A stretch of DNA of 57,719 nucleotides from positions 1-57,719 of IMG/VR virus record IMGVR_UViG_3300029309_000042; one strand, given 5' to 3'. The notes below the pieces were generated by a model, which did no database searches, was not told where the DNA came from, and worked only from the letters and a program-made list of their open reading frames with translations. A program made the position numbers and the translations under genes. This stretch comes from a virus. Lineage: Duplodnaviria > Caudoviricetes. Positions within the stretch are counted from its first letter, which is position 1; every line of letters begins with the position of its first letter. Below, in pieces: positions 35,313 to 46,200 of this stretch.

Positions 35313-36830
35313 TTAGTTAGGTATTGAGTATCCTTGGGAATACATCGGTTGTATTAAGTGTAGATTTTTTATAGCTCTAGTTAAGCCAACATAAAAGACA
35401 CGAGCTTCATCATAGTGTGCATTCTCAAACTTTCGCCACATAGAGTATGAACGCTTCATAGTATCTGTTAACATTAGAACATTTGTGGCTTGAGCTCCTT
35501 TGGCTGAATGAATGGTAGAGATACGGATACGAGGAACTGTTGTTAATGATTCACCTTTACGAAGACATGCTTTAATATATCGTCGGTCAGACTCAGGTAT
35601 CTTACCAAGTCCCTCATCCCATGGAAGACTGTGTAATAATCCATGGAAGTCTTGCAAATCTTGTAGACTATAGAGCTCTCCATCTACTCCTTTGGGTAAA
35701 GTCTTATGTCCATACTCTACTTGTTTTCCAAGTATCATTTGCTTATAGACTGTTTTAACTTGTTCCATCCTTAGCCTATCCCCTGACCGAAGTTTTTCCC
35801 ACAACCTAACTGCTTCTAAAACTCTTGAGTCAATCGAACTACTACCATTGTAGATATACAAATGCCCTCGCCTTCTTACTTCTTCCTCAAGTTGTTTTGC
35901 CCCACGAGTGGTTCTGCTCAGTAATAACCAATCCCCTTCAGATATATTTACCATCTCAGAGTGGCGATACCAGTTTACTGTACCTTCCTCAGCTCTTGGC
36001 AAAAATTGTTTCTTACGTCTGCCAACAACAGTGCTGATAACACTTTGACTTAATCTATGGTGTAAAGAAGGTATCCTAAAACTTTGATTTAAAACAGTAA
36101 CTTCTCCTTCTAACCCAATAAAGTAATCTACATCAGCTCCTGCATATCTAAATATTGCTTGATCATCATCTCCTGCCACATATATTTCTTTAGTGTTTTG
36201 TTGTAACTGATGCACCATCTCCCATTGTAAAGGTGATAAGTCTTGTGCTTCATCAATAAATACTGCTTCTAGTTTTGGAGATAACTTTCTTTTACAAAAA
36301 TATTCAAGCATATCAGTATAATCATATAACTCATATGTTTGTTTCCAATGCTCTAAACCTCTGTTTACATAATCAACCCTAGCCCAATCAGTACGCAGTG
36401 GAACAGTTGAGGCATTGTACACAGACCGTAGAGGTTGTTGTAAAATCCTTGACATATTTATAATCTCTAAAAACTTATCACCATATCCATAATCTTTAAA
36501 TGGGCTATCAGCTACATCTGACTGACCATAAAAATTACCTATTTTTAACCAATCCGATATTTCTTTATATTTAGTTTGTGTCATAATCTGTGAATGACTA
36601 ATACCAATCTGCATAAATGCTAGGCTATGAAGTGTTCTAAAAAACGGTAAGTCTTTTTTTACTAACTTAAATTTATCACATGCTCTTTCTATAGCTTCAG
36701 TCGCCGCTCTTCTTGTAAAAGCAAAGTAACCAATTTTGTCTGGTGGTACACCTGATGATATATATTGTTCTACTAATGATAATAGTTTAGTTGTTTTTCC
36801 AGTTCCAGGAGGTCCAACAACTATCTTCAT
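35313..36830 (-). CDS. UvrD/Rep-family SF1 helicase
   Basis: GPPGTGKT, FIDEAQD, AGDDDQAIF, STIHSAKG, YVGLTRA. Confidence 0.9.
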   Translation of the reverse strand: MKIVVGPPGTGKTTKLLSLVEQYISSGVPPDKIGYFAFTRRAATEAIERACDKFKLVKKDLPFFRTLHSLAFMQIGISHSQIMTQTKYKEISDWLKIGNFYGQSDVADSPFKDYGYGDKFLEIINMSRILQQPLRSVYNASTVPLRTDWARVDYVNRGLEHWKQTYELYDYTDMLEYFCKRKLSPKLEAVFIDEAQDLSPLQWEMVHQLQQNTKEIYVAGDDDQAIFRYAGADVDYFIGLEGEVTVLNQSFRIPSLHHRLSQSVISTVVGRRKKQFLPRAEEGTVNWYRHSEMVNISEGDWLLLSRTTRGAKQLEEEVRRRGHLYIYNGSSSIDSRVLEAVRLWEKLRSGDRLRMEQVKTVYKQMILGKQVEYGHKTLPKGVDGELYSLQDLQDFHGLLHSLPWDEGLGKIPESDRRYIKACLRKGESLTTVPRIRISTIHSAKGAQATNVLMLTDTMKRSYSMWRKFENAHYDEARVFYVGLTRAIKNLHLIQPMYSQGYSIPN

Positions 36831-38347
36831 TATATTACATCTTTTGGTTTAGGTATATCTGGTAACTTCATAGGTTCATTATCAGTTTCAAAGTACCCTT
36901 GAGGTAATGACCACACATGTATTCCTTTGCCTTTCACTCGCCAAAACATCTTATCCGCTTCTAAGTTCTGTAATCGCAAAGTAATCTTTGATGAGGAGTA
37001 ATGATTGAAGTCGTTTACTGATAAATGCTTTTTTATATCCTTGACTTGAAAATAAACTAATCCATCCATCCATACTGCGACTCCTTGTAATATATCATCA
37101 CGTTCAACACCCCTTGCTCTTTCGCTACAAAAAGAGTGCAATAAATCTTCAAACTCGCCTTTTATTGTAGCATCAGGTGGTACTTCCACAATAGTTAAAC
37201 TGTCCAATAATAATTGTATTCTTGTCTGCCAAGCATTTTGACTCACTGTTCTTGGTAACTTATTTATCTGTGATACACAATCTTTTTGAAACCTAGTTTG
37301 TGAAACTAAACCATCTGTGCTTAATTCTAACCTTTGTCCATCCACATTAAGTATCCATATGGGTGGGTCACCATCTATTTTTGTAAGTGCTGACATACTA
37401 TTTTGTACACCGTTTGGTCCAACACCATGTTTTCTTGTGACACATACTTCTTTATTACAATACGGTTTGATAGGTTGGTCTTCACATTTATAAAAGTAAT
37501 CTTTCCGTTGCAACTGTTTGATTACTGCTCCAACTTCAGCATGTGAAAGTGATGGTTTTAAGTAATCAAGGTTATACTTTTGTATCAAAGCTTCCCAGTT
37601 ATCAGCATCAAACATTCTTGCATAAACACCTAAATTAAATAAAGCATTATTCCTTGAACCCTCACCAAAGCCCATACTACATAAATGTTGAAGGCATGGT
37701 GGTCCATCGGGTAAGTAACTGTCTTGACTAGCATTTATCTTATAATCAGAAAACTGTTGCTTAGTGATTTTATATTTACTGGCTTTTGCAACAAAATCCT
37801 GAGGCGAGAGTATCTCTAATGTTTTTAAATCATACACCGACCTTGTACTCATTTTACCTTTAAAGTAAGGCATGTTCAAACCGTTTCCAGTATCGCCCCT
37901 TTCTACTAATATTTCAGCTTGTTTGGGAAACACTTCACCTTCTGCTTGACCCAAGCCTGATGCTATCTCTGCAAGTTTATTTTTTATTGTTGAAGCTTTT
38001 ATTGGTTCTTTAAAAAAGAAATATATATGTGCTCCACCTGATTTACTTCTTGCTACCCAACCAACTATTCTTTCTTTGCGTAATCTCTCTACTAAGTTTT
38101 TGTGGTCAACTTGATAGTTGTCAACATCTATTGCTCCCCACATACAAGTGTTATCATCCATGATGGGTATAACACCAAGACCTTGTTTGCCCTTTAAGTG
38201 ATCAATCCAATGTTGTGTCTCTAACGGCTTTTTAATAATTTTATAGACACCAGTTTTTTTCCCTACCCCATTATCATCTAGATCGACAACTCCGTAGGCT
38301 CTTTTATTGCCTTCAAATAAATTTAAAAACTGTTCTGCTAACTCCAT
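36830..38347 (-). CDS. AEP-superfamily primase (PriCT-like region)
   Basis: WGAIDVD and RSKSGGAHIY catalytic motifs; PPCL...RNNALFNLG. Confidence 0.75.
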   Translation of the reverse strand: MELAEQFLNLFEGNKRAYGVVDLDDNGVGKKTGVYKIIKKPLETQHWIDHLKGKQGLGVIPIMDDNTCMWGAIDVDNYQVDHKNLVERLRKERIVGWVARSKSGGAHIYFFFKEPIKASTIKNKLAEIASGLGQAEGEVFPKQAEILVERGDTGNGLNMPYFKGKMSTRSVYDLKTLEILSPQDFVAKASKYKITKQQFSDYKINASQDSYLPDGPPCLQHLCSMGFGEGSRNNALFNLGVYARMFDADNWEALIQKYNLDYLKPSLSHAEVGAVIKQLQRKDYFYKCEDQPIKPYCNKEVCVTRKHGVGPNGVQNSMSALTKIDGDPPIWILNVDGQRLELSTDGLVSQTRFQKDCVSQINKLPRTVSQNAWQTRIQLLLDSLTIVEVPPDATIKGEFEDLLHSFCSERARGVERDDILQGVAVWMDGLVYFQVKDIKKHLSVNDFNHYSSSKITLRLQNLEADKMFWRVKGKGIHVWSLPQGYFETDNEPMKLPDIPKPKDVI

Positions 38348-38436
38348 AACTTCTCCTTTATGAAGCCCTAGCAAATGCAAACAAGGAGGTGCTAGGGCTT
38401 CTACCTAATAATAAACAACAAAATTACTAGGTAATC

Positions 38437-39267
38437 TTAGAAAGGATCGTCGTCAGCTTCTACCTTAGCTTTTGGTGCATCTTTAATTGGTGGTAAGTCA
38501 GTAGGTGCTTGGTCTGGCACTACCTCTTTTACATCAACCTCTCCAGCTTCTACTGATTTTGCAAACGCTACACAGTTTTCAAAAATAGCTTTGTGTAAGT
38601 CATCTGATAAATCTAACTGTCTAACTCTGTTGATAACCCAACCGTACCATTTACCTTTATCATTTTGCTCAGGCACAGTTGACAAGTTGTACATTTGGGA
38701 CATCATTGGTAGAGTGTATGGACCATTCTTACCCATAGCCGTCATAGCGTTCATTTGGGATAGCCACCTTCTTGACTTTTTAAGTTGTGTGCTAGACATT
38801 GTTATTAAACATCTGCTATATTGCTCACCCTCTAACAACATAACGAAGTGTTGAGCCGTGTTGGTAAGTAGATTACCATTTGGCAATACCTCATCATTGT
38901 TATCGTTGCGTGTAGCAGTTGCTACTATTGGGTCATCAGGCAAGTAACTGCCTACATACCCACCACCCTGATCTCTTGGTTTCCACTCAACAAACCTTCT
39001 ATTGTAATAACAAGGCACGACTGTAATACCTTTATCACTTGCACCAGAGTAAACTGCATTTGCTACTGTGTTATATATCATTCCTGCCTTTGCACCTGAA
39101 ACATATGCACCTTCGTTTTCATCTACTTGTGGGCTTTGTGCTCCAAGTATTCTTAAAAAAGGTATTGACATATCTTGTGTTGTTGTCTCAGCAAAACCAA
39201 GACCAGACATTTCTTCAAATGAAGCGTTGACAAGTGCTCCTTCTTGTTTTTTGACTACTTCAGCCAT
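38437..39267 (-). CDS. Single-stranded DNA-binding protein-like
   Basis: IPFLRILGAQSPQ...STQLKKSRRW...NDKGKWYGW; acidic C-terminal DDDPF. Confidence 0.7.
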   Translation of the reverse strand: MAEVVKKQEGALVNASFEEMSGLGFAETTTQDMSIPFLRILGAQSPQVDENEGAYVSGAKAGMIYNTVANAVYSGASDKGITVVPCYYNRRFVEWKPRDQGGGYVGSYLPDDPIVATATRNDNNDEVLPNGNLLTNTAQHFVMLLEGEQYSRCLITMSSTQLKKSRRWLSQMNAMTAMGKNGPYTLPMMSQMYNLSTVPEQNDKGKWYGWVINRVRQLDLSDDLHKAIFENCVAFAKSVEAGEVDVKEVVPDQAPTDLPPIKDAPKAKVEADDDPF

Positions 39268-39813
39268 TTACTTTCTCCTTATTTTAGTTTGTAAACCTAA
39301 AAATACACCAAATATATCATGAGGTATATTTTCACCTTTTCCAGTTTGTTCCTTAACAAACGACTTTAAAGTTTGTGGCTCTACCCAAACTTTATTTGTA
39401 ACTGCCATGCCCTGACCTTGTAAGTCAGCTAATAAATCTTTAGCCTTATTATCTTCGTTCCTACCAAATGAAGCCGTAACAGTATTCTTTATCAAACTTC
39501 CAAAACCATTAGAAGTTAACCAATCATGTGCATCTTTACGATTAGCTTCTGATATGTGTGCCGAAACAAAATCAGTAACCGTAATCTCATGTCCATCTTC
39601 TGTTTGCAAAGTTTTTAAGTTTTGTTCTTGCATAGCAGAGGGTAACAAGTCTTGTGATATTTCTCTTAGCACCCTTTCAGTTTCTTTTAGTTCAGCCTTG
39701 AGTTCTTTTACTCTATCCTCAAGTTGTAGTTGTTTTTTACACAAAGAACTGACATTACTCAATCCTTGTTCGCTTACTTTAGTAAGCTCATTTGCAGTTG
39801 TTTCAAAATCCAT
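39268..39813 (-). CDS. Conserved replication-module protein
   Basis: Coiled coil followed by WL..NGFGSLIKN...VEPQTLKSFVKE. Confidence 0.6.
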   Translation of the reverse strand: MDFETTANELTKVSEQGLSNVSSLCKKQLQLEDRVKELKAELKETERVLREISQDLLPSAMQEQNLKTLQTEDGHEITVTDFVSAHISEANRKDAHDWLTSNGFGSLIKNTVTASFGRNEDNKAKDLLADLQGQGMAVTNKVWVEPQTLKSFVKEQTGKGENIPHDIFGVFLGLQTKIRRK

Positions 39814-40131
39814 TTATACCTCCTTGTCATAGATATCAACTGTTACTGGATAGTACTCTTCATCTTGCCTATCCCACTTTAGTATATTTAACTTGCCTAT
39901 ATTATTAGACATGGCAACGGCACAAGAGATGCCAATAATCACGGGATCCCCTGATAGCAATAAGTAATCCTTGTCGTTAAACTTACGGAGCAACCTATTT
40001 ATCCGCCTAACTGTTGGTTGTGCTGATAAGGCTACTTGTTCCTTAGCTGGAATTAATATTTGCAAATCACCATACTCAGAGGCTTTTGTAATATCTCTTC
40101 CTGGAACTTCCTGCGTTATAAAAACCGTCAT
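39814..40131 (-). CDS. Conserved hypothetical protein
   Basis: ASEYG...DYLLLSGDP...LKWDRQ...YYPV; AGGAG RBS. Confidence 0.6.
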   Translation of the reverse strand: MTVFITQEVPGRDITKASEYGDLQILIPAKEQVALSAQPTVRRINRLLRKFNDKDYLLLSGDPVIIGISCAVAMSNNIGKLNILKWDRQDEEYYPVTVDIYDKEV

Positions 40132-40149
40132 ACTTTCTCCTATGCCGTT

Positions 40150-40263
40150 GTTGTTAATGTTTAACCCTTGTCGCCCACCTCACCACCTTTGCCTAGAAAC
40201 TTGGTGGTTCTTGGTGTTAGCCTAGTGAACGGTTAGCATGTCACGCTACTAAACATTAACAAC
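40150..40263 (-). ncRNA. Candidate structured leader RNA
   Basis: Perfect 14-bp closing inverted repeat around a GC-richer core with internal hairpins. Confidence 0.4.
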
Positions 40264-40440
40264 TATTAAATATATACTTTTATATATAGTAGTAAAACTA
40301 AATTTAGTCTACTTGATAAATCAGATATTGTAATATCAGATATCGATATATTTTCCGTCTCGCGAAGAATATCACACCGACAAAAAAGAGCTTAAATTTT
40401 TAAAACACTTTGTATATAGTAAAGTCAGAAAGTTAAGGTA

Positions 40441-41877
40441 ATGAAATATAAATTTAAGATGCCTCCCTATGAGCACCAACTAACTGCTCTAAGGAAAGGT
40501 TGGAACTTAGATGAGTTTGCATATTTTATGGATATGGGAACTGGTAAGTCTAAAGTCTTGATAGATAATTTTAGTGTCTTGTATGACAAAGGTCATATAG
40601 GGGGTGTTCTCATTATTGCACCAAAAGGTGTGTATAGAAACTGGTCTAGTAATGAGATACCTACCCACATGCCAGACCATGTGTTAGCAGACATTTGTAT
40701 ATGGCAACCTAATCATACACAAAAGTTTTTAACGACTTGGAAAAAGTTGTTTGAAGATAATTATAATTTAAAAATATTTTTAATGAACATTGAGGCATTT
40801 AGCACACGCAAAGGTGTAGAAGTAGCCGAAAAGTTTTTGTTGGCTCATAGCACACTTATGGCAATAGATGAAAGCACCACAATAAAAAGTAAGAATGCTA
40901 AACGTACTAAGTCAATAGTGAAGCTTGGTAAAATGGCGAAGTACCGTAGAATTATGACTGGTAGTCCAATAACAAAAAGCCCTATGGATTTGTACACACA
41001 ATGTGAATTTTTAAACCCAGAGTTACTTGGTCACAAAAGCTTTTATAGTTTTCAATATGAGTACGCAATAATTAAAAGACGTAACTTAGGTTCATATAGT
41101 TTTAACCAAATAGTAGGATATAAAAACCTAAAGGAGTTGAATGGGTTGTTAGATAATTTTAGTTACAGAGTTAGAAAGCAAGATTGTTTAGACTTGCCAG
41201 ACAAAGTATATACAAAGCGAGTTGTAGAACTTACACCTGAACAAGCTAGAATGTACAGTGACTTAAAAAAGATAGCACTTGGTATATGTGAAGAAGGTAC
41301 AGTTACCCCTACCACAATATTGACACAATTACTCAGGTTACAACAAGTTTGTTCTGGACATGTAAAATTAGATGATGGTACAATAAAAACTTTTTCATCA
41401 GCTAAAATAAAAGAGTTAGAAGCAGTGGTAGAAGAAATAGATGGCAAAGCCATTATATGGGCTAACTTCACACATGATATTGAGAGTATTGTAGAGTTGT
41501 TAACAAAAATGTATGGCGAGAACAGTGTAGTATCTTATTATGGTGCAACTAGCACTGACCAACGAGACTATGCTATGTCATCTTTCCAAAATCAAAATAG
41601 CCCAGTAAGGTTTTTTGTAGGACAACCTAGAACTGGTGGCTATGGTCTAACACTTACTCAGGCATCTACAGTTATATATTATAGTAATAGTTATGACCTT
41701 GAGGTTAGGTTACAAAGTGAAGACCGAGCACATCGTATTGGTCAAGTGAATAAGGTAACATATATAGACATTATTGCAGAGAAAACAGTAGACGAAAAAG
41801 TGTTACAAGCCCTAAGAAGTAAAATTGACATAGCAAGTGTAGTTTTACAAGAAAATGTTACAGATTGGATAGTTTAG
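40441..41877 (+). CDS. SNF2-family (SF2) helicase
   Basis: MDMGTGKS, IDES, MTGSP, QSEDRAHRIGQ; the only large plus-strand gene. Confidence 0.9.
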   Translation: MKYKFKMPPYEHQLTALRKGWNLDEFAYFMDMGTGKSKVLIDNFSVLYDKGHIGGVLIIAPKGVYRNWSSNEIPTHMPDHVLADICIWQPNHTQKFLTTWKKLFEDNYNLKIFLMNIEAFSTRKGVEVAEKFLLAHSTLMAIDESTTIKSKNAKRTKSIVKLGKMAKYRRIMTGSPITKSPMDLYTQCEFLNPELLGHKSFYSFQYEYAIIKRRNLGSYSFNQIVGYKNLKELNGLLDNFSYRVRKQDCLDLPDKVYTKRVVELTPEQARMYSDLKKIALGICEEGTVTPTTILTQLLRLQQVCSGHVKLDDGTIKTFSSAKIKELEAVVEEIDGKAIIWANFTHDIESIVELLTKMYGENSVVSYYGATSTDQRDYAMSSFQNQNSPVRFFVGQPRTGGYGLTLTQASTVIYYSNSYDLEVRLQSEDRAHRIGQVNKVTYIDIIAEKTVDEKVLQALRSKIDIASVVLQENVTDWIV

Positions 41878-41949
41878 CTAAAAAAAGACTCCGTATAAGC
41901 TCGATACAGTCATTAGAGCAAGGGTTCCGTGTATGTTTGTACCCTTAAA

Positions 41950-42270
41950 TTACTTCCCATTCTTGGTCATGTACGCAGTAGTCCCCATGTAAGTTCCTAC
42001 TATTCCAGCACCAGAAATATAGAATAAATTGCTAATATCAGCTAAAGCTTCTACTCTTTCAATAGGAACTACAAACATTGCTAAAGTAAACACACCCATA
42101 CCGATTAATGTGTATCTTGCCATGCGTAATTGTGCAAGATTTTTGCGTAACTTAGTTTCTGTTTCTTTTATTTCTTTTATATGACTGAGTTCGTCGTCGG
42201 AGACTATACCATCACCGTCAATGTCGTACTCAGCATATTTAGACTTTTTTTGTAATTGCTTTTGTGTCAT
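41950..42270 (-). CDS. Membrane protein with EF-hand-like motif (possible holin)
   Basis: DIDGDGIVSDDE followed by two TM helices; next to the lysozyme gene. Confidence 0.55.
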   Translation of the reverse strand: MTQKQLQKKSKYAEYDIDGDGIVSDDELSHIKEIKETETKLRKNLAQLRMARYTLIGMGVFTLAMFVVPIERVEALADISNLFYISGAGIVGTYMGTTAYMTKNGK

Positions 42271-42746
42271 CTACTTTCCTTATAAACCCAAGCAAGAAAA
42301 AATAAAAAGCCCACGACTGTACAAGCTAAAAACACCCAACCTATAACTTCCCAAATCTTTCTTATAAATTGTTGTCTATCGTATATTTCTTTTTTTCTTT
42401 CCAGTCTTATATTAGCTTCCATTTCTAATATTTCATTCCAAGACTTAGGACCATAATGAAAATTAATGAAAGTTTTAAGTTCTTGCCTTTGTGCTTCTAG
42501 TTTCTTTTTTGCAGTAAAAGCTTCAATCGCACTTGCTTGTAGCTCATTACCTTTAAACATTTTTCTTAGTGGAGACGCATTTTTGGCAGACTTTTCAGCA
42601 TTGTCAATATCACTTAATGCAGACATCCAACGCCCAAGATCTTTACCCATAGACTCTATTTCACGTCCAGCTTGGAAACCACGCTTAATCGCATTGAATG
42701 CTGTGTTCGCGGCTGTGATGGCTACTCCAATGGTTGCTGGATCCAT
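42267..42746 (-). CDS. Hypothetical protein with C-terminal TM helix
   Basis: MDPATIG...; hydrophobic C-terminus; in the lysis region. Confidence 0.55.
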   Translation of the reverse strand: MDPATIGVAITAANTAFNAIKRGFQAGREIESMGKDLGRWMSALSDIDNAEKSAKNASPLRKMFKGNELQASAIEAFTAKKKLEAQRQELKTFINFHYGPKSWNEILEMEANIRLERKKEIYDRQQFIRKIWEVIGWVFLACTVVGFLFFLAWVYKESR

Positions 42747-42758
42747 GCCGTTCTCCGC

Positions 42759-43217
42759 TTAACCTATTGGAAACTTTTGTAGATTAGCCATTCTTTCTAC
42801 CAATCGTTCTGCACGATTGGTTACTTGACGATACCACTTAGAGTCTTCCATTTGTAATGAGGCTTCAATCCAATCTTCATCAGCAATGGCTTTATTCATT
42901 TTCTTAAATTTACTGAGTCTTGGTCTACCCATATTAAACATCATATTTGCAAGTATGAGTTGTGCTTCTTCAGGTAAGTCATCAAAGTTTTCATATAATA
43001 TTTTACACTCATCTAGAGTAACCTTAATATCTTCTTTGAACAAAGCGTTTACTCTTTCCTCAGATATTTCTGTGCCAACTGGTTTACCATACTCTTCATC
43101 CCACTCAGTAATTAGATGACCTATACCACAAGTCGGTAAGTTTAAATGATCAAGATACACAGCATTTACACACCCCTCATCTCGTTTTAACTCTTGTTGT
43201 AATTGATCTATGTTCAT
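42759..43217 (-). CDS. Endolysin, T4-type lysozyme (GH24)
   Basis: DEG...YLDHLNLPTCGIGH; NMMFNMG; SKWYRQV..RAERL. Confidence 0.9.
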   Translation of the reverse strand: MNIDQLQQELKRDEGCVNAVYLDHLNLPTCGIGHLITEWDEEYGKPVGTEISEERVNALFKEDIKVTLDECKILYENFDDLPEEAQLILANMMFNMGRPRLSKFKKMNKAIADEDWIEASLQMEDSKWYRQVTNRAERLVERMANLQKFPIG

Positions 43218-46198
43218 ACTAATCCGCCTATTCCTGCTCTACTTGATATGGCACTTCCCGTAGTGTCAAATGGAAAAAGAGAGGCAAAGTTCGTGTTAGA
43301 TGGAGGACTACCAACAGAACCACCACCTGACACTGTGGGAAGATTCAGGTTCAATGTATTTGGTGTAATTGTGTTTTGACTTAATTTATCACCCATGAAG
43401 GGAGGCTTACCAGTTCTTTCAAATTCTTGTTGCCTTGTTTCATCTTCAAATCCAGGAGTAATTTCCTCACTGGCTAACCCTAACTCTCTTTCAATACTTG
43501 TAAGTATTCCACTTAATTTGTTTAACTTACCACTTCTGTCTAAAAACCCACTAGGCTTAGAGTGAGCTTGTTCTAGTTGAGCTACGCTCGGTTTCATTGA
43601 CATTAATTTTGCTAATATGTTTCTTGGTAAAACAGATTGTACAAACTCAAAAAGTTGTCCTCTTGTTGCTTTACCTATTTCTGAACCAGTTGCAAATGAT
43701 GCTCCAGCATCTTCACCTATATTAGCAAAAAACCCATATATTCTTATACCTTCTAAATTTTTAAAATAGTTATTATCTATTTCATTTGGTTTCCCAGCTT
43801 TAGAAAACAAAGGTTTTAGATTACTATATTGTCCAGCAAACCTTTTTAAATCATCCAATTCTTTTGTAAGGGCTTTACCGTTTATAACAGTAGAACCATC
43901 GATATCACTTATTCTTGTTACACTAGGCTTATCTAATATGGTGCTTAAAACATGTAGTCTTAATTTTTCAGCATATTTACCGTTTACACCACCAGTAGCA
44001 TTTATCTTATTTATAAATTCTGCTTGAGTGCTTTTTGCAATCTCATTAAATGCACTTTCAGCATCTACCAACTCTCTTTCCATTGCTTTGACAGTAGCAC
44101 TATTTTTTAACCAATTTTGTTTATCTGTAAAGGTTAGTAATGCTTTACGAGTATTAGCATTTGGCACGAGTAAGTTAAACAGTTCTTGGTCTTTTGCTAT
44201 ATCTTTAATAAGGGTAGCACCAGTATCTATGTTTTGCAGAGTATATTGTATAAACCCATCTTGTATGTTTTCCATAGTCTTTATATTATTAGCTTGTGAT
44301 ACTGCTTTTGTCCCACCTTCTTTACTAACACGCATAAAGTTTTTGAGTAACTTTAAGTCCGTTGCATTGATATTACCATCATATAAAGATTTCATGGTTT
44401 TCATTACGTTAAGTCCAGCGTTTCTATCAAACAAAGTACCTAGACTTGTAAAATTAATCACATCCGTTTTTTCTTTTGTAAGTTTTCTTGCATCATCTAG
44501 AAATTTTTTGAACTGACCTGAACCACCAGTTGGAGTATCAATAACTTTATCAATCTCATCCATCAACTCTTTAGCTACAAAAGCACCTTCACCTTTTTGA
44601 GATACAATATCACTAAGTTTATTTCTTACAGTAAGCATTTGTTTTAAGGCGTCAAATGTTCTTTTTTTACCAAAGGTTTTTACAGATATTGTACCAACAT
44701 CAGTATCCGCTCTTTTAAGTTGTGCTAATAAATTACCTAAATCACCTTGTAATTCACCACCTATTTTTTCATATAGATTTTGTTTATTTTTACCCTTTTT
44801 TGCCATTTTGATTTGTGTGCCAGTAAGTATTTCATCAATCTTGACACCTAGACCACTAATATCAAACTTTACATTATCTGTTCTTGCAGAAGAAAAAGCT
44901 TTAGTAAAAGTTCTATCTATTAATTCATTCATACCTTTTTTGTATATATCAAGATCCTCAACAATATCTTCATATCTAACATTTATAGCTTTACCTTCTA
45001 TAGTTTGTACCCTACCTATAGTGTCTGATATTATATTTTTTCCTAAACTATCAATAGTAAACATAAGTTCACCTTGTGATAAATTTGATATATCTTGTTT
45101 AGCTATTTCTTTAGCTTTTTGGTACAGTTTCTTTTGTTGGGTTGTTGTCATCTCTTGTAATATGTTAGATGTTCCACCTACTTGTTGAGCCATTTTTTGC
45201 AAGATAGGGGAACGTGTAGCTAATTGAGATATGGAGAGTAATGGTAAACCCTCTTTTTGTGCAAACTTTTGAGCTGTAACAGCAGTTGGAGGTGTCTTAC
45301 CAACAAAAGCTCCAAAAGGCACACCACCTTTACCTAACATCTTATCAACAAAATATCTACCCATTCCTGGAGCAAATTTGTTAATAGAAGCTTCTATCAA
45401 ACCTTGTAATGCTACATCAGTTGTAAAAGAATCAGTAAGTTTTTGCCTAAAACTTTTATCTTCTACATCTACACCTTCATCAGCAAGAGCTTTATCAAGC
45501 ATAGCTCCAAATATAACACCACCACCAGTTCCAAAAAAAGGTGCAACAAAAGAACCTACAACTCCTCCTGCTGTAGCAAAGTTGAGAAAAGTACCAGTAA
45601 AATCACCAAAGTCTCCAGCAAAGTCACTAAAGCCACCTTTTGGATCTACTCTGTATAGTGGACCATCTTTAGTGAGTGAGTATAACATCTCTGTTTTTTT
45701 ACCACCAACACCAGTTCTTAATAGTCTACCTTCTGGATATTTACGTTTAAAAAATGCAAATTTATCTGCAAACTGAGATCTACGAGCTAGGCTGTCTCTA
45801 TCATTAGTGGTAAGACCACCTATTGCATCTTTACCTAAATAATTATCACCAAACTTTTCTTGTAAAACATTTTCAATACGTTGGTTTTCTAATGCCATAT
45901 TATTCAATATAGTATCAATACCTTCAGCATATTTATTAAACTCGCCTTCTGGCTGTGTCATCATTGAAAGTGCTGGACTAGTTGCAAAGTCTAAAAAATT
46001 ACCTGAGTCTGGCATAATAGCACCAAGTAAATCAAAAAAATCAGAGTCAGGTACAGCGTCTAATGATATGCCACTAGCAGTCTTTGCACCAGTGGATCCC
46101 TCTGATATTGTAATTTCTTCACCTACTGGCTCTTTTAAAGAACTTGTAGGAGTGTTGGAAACATTTATGTCTGTACCAGTTGGTTCATTAAATTCCAA
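43214..46198 (-). CDS. Large internal virion (DNA ejection) protein
   Basis: 994-aa helical ORF in the ejection module. The ORF-track start is TTG; the true start may differ slightly. Confidence 0.55.
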   Translation of the reverse strand: MEFNEPTGTDINVSNTPTSSLKEPVGEEITISEGSTGAKTASGISLDAVPDSDFFDLLGAIMPDSGNFLDFATSPALSMMTQPEGEFNKYAEGIDTILNNMALENQRIENVLQEKFGDNYLGKDAIGGLTTNDRDSLARRSQFADKFAFFKRKYPEGRLLRTGVGGKKTEMLYSLTKDGPLYRVDPKGGFSDFAGDFGDFTGTFLNFATAGGVVGSFVAPFFGTGGGVIFGAMLDKALADEGVDVEDKSFRQKLTDSFTTDVALQGLIEASINKFAPGMGRYFVDKMLGKGGVPFGAFVGKTPPTAVTAQKFAQKEGLPLLSISQLATRSPILQKMAQQVGGTSNILQEMTTTQQKKLYQKAKEIAKQDISNLSQGELMFTIDSLGKNIISDTIGRVQTIEGKAINVRYEDIVEDLDIYKKGMNELIDRTFTKAFSSARTDNVKFDISGLGVKIDEILTGTQIKMAKKGKNKQNLYEKIGGELQGDLGNLLAQLKRADTDVGTISVKTFGKKRTFDALKQMLTVRNKLSDIVSQKGEGAFVAKELMDEIDKVIDTPTGGSGQFKKFLDDARKLTKEKTDVINFTSLGTLFDRNAGLNVMKTMKSLYDGNINATDLKLLKNFMRVSKEGGTKAVSQANNIKTMENIQDGFIQYTLQNIDTGATLIKDIAKDQELFNLLVPNANTRKALLTFTDKQNWLKNSATVKAMERELVDAESAFNEIAKSTQAEFINKINATGGVNGKYAEKLRLHVLSTILDKPSVTRISDIDGSTVINGKALTKELDDLKRFAGQYSNLKPLFSKAGKPNEIDNNYFKNLEGIRIYGFFANIGEDAGASFATGSEIGKATRGQLFEFVQSVLPRNILAKLMSMKPSVAQLEQAHSKPSGFLDRSGKLNKLSGILTSIERELGLASEEITPGFEDETRQQEFERTGKPPFMGDKLSQNTITPNTLNLNLPTVSGGGSVGSPPSNTNFASLFPFDTTGSAISSRAGIGGLV

Positions 46199-46200
46199 AA

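Noticed and set aside
40150-40263. tRNA gene
   Set aside because: No T-loop GTTCRA, canonical cloverleaf spacing or CCA end; no tRNA was recognised anywhere in the window.
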